Shown: positions 63,078 through 64,000 of the stretch, in pieces | Numbering within the stretch: position 1 is the stretch's first letter | Layout of the letters: every line of letters begins with the position of its first letter | Assembly (NCBI RefSeq): GCF_964355755.1 | Contig: NC_092676.1 | Span: forward strand, 29,096,871 to 29,160,870 | Length of the DNA stretch: 64,000 nt | Direction: 5' to 3' | Source: Antedon mediterranea | Lineage: Eukaryota > Animalia > Echinodermata | Notes under the pieces: generated by a model | Seen by the model: the letters and a program-made list of their open reading frames with translations, nothing else | Databases searched by the model: none | Told to the model about the DNA's origin: nothing | Program-made: the position numbers and the translations under genes

Positions 63078-64000
63078 TATTATTTTTTCAGAACAAAACT
63101 ACTCAGAAAAGCTACAAATTATTGACACCATCGCAAAAACATTCTAAAGTTTAACTCTACTCAAAATTCCTTCTGATAATTTGAATATACTGATTGTATA
63201 ATATAAATTATAAATACGTTTAAAGAATGTTAGGATATATACAAAAAGGTATAAAGTTGAAATAAATATTTGTTATTGCTACTAAAAAGTAGCATTTATA
63301 GACCCTGCGATGCAACTAAAAAAAGATTACAATATTTGTATGATCAACAGTTTGTTTAAAAATAAAGCTTGCTTCCCAATTGGACGCAACACTAATGACG
63401 TAAGAGTAACGCACGGTGAGTTTGGTAGCCAATCAGATCACGACACAATATATCATCTGAATTGTTGCTTGTTATTGGTCAACTCACTTGCTTTTTGCGT
63501 ACGCCCTTTCGCGCTGCGTTTATAATGAAATAAAAAGTATTTCACTAATATTTTACGACTAAAGCTCTGTCTACTCTATCAAACTGTATGTGACAAAAAA
63601 TGTGATATGCCCATATATGGACATGTCATATTTGGGTATATCACATTTTTTTTTTCAAAAGGTTTGATAGTGTAAAGACAGGGCTTTAGGATTTGGTGGT
63701 ATTTTGTCGTTTTGGTATTTTGATTCATTTGAGTAGTTTACAGTGTTTTCAATGCCAACAAAGTATATTTCAAAGACACTATTTTATTTTGTGGTATAGT
63801 TTTAAATACAAAAATTGAGATACTTTAAAAACTATTAAACAATACTACAATTGTAATAAATATAAATAATCTAATAAAGATGATGAATACTATATCTTAA
63901 AAGCTCACAATAAACAATAATAATTTTCAATAATTTTTTTCATTTTCTGAAATACAATGAAATCACACACCTAAATAAAACACAAAACGAATCTATCCAC

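Overview
AT-rich, intron-containing animal genomic DNA, probably an invertebrate deuterostome such as an echinoderm (inferred from a Deu-domain SINE and an intronless GPCR array; not provable here). It is not prokaryotic, and I found no CRISPR array, rRNA or intact transposase. Gene order: Twinkle mtDNA helicase (TWNK, - strand, ~955-11.0k); a tandem array of 10 intronless class A GPCR genes (6 intact, 4 disrupted; - strand, 15.3-31.7k); a CLN3/battenin-family gene (+, 34.9-43.1k); ADA2/CECR1 (-, 45.1-48.9k); and CECR2 (+, 49.4-58.8k), head-to-head with ADA2. MITEs, SINEs, a Helentron-type element and satellites are abundant. Most notable: (1) an ~80-nt DRY/ICL2 block is nearly identical at the DNA level across otherwise divergent GPCR paralogs and coincides with a chimeric-gene breakpoint; (2) tandem repeats built from exon boundaries recur in three genes and create decoy splice sites; (3) CLN3 has a probable alternative first exon carrying an acidic dileucine sorting motif; (4) the ADA2-CECR2 divergent pair mirrors human 22q11. 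Exon structures were assembled by eye from splice signals and remembered homology, so boundaries may be off by a few nucleotides.
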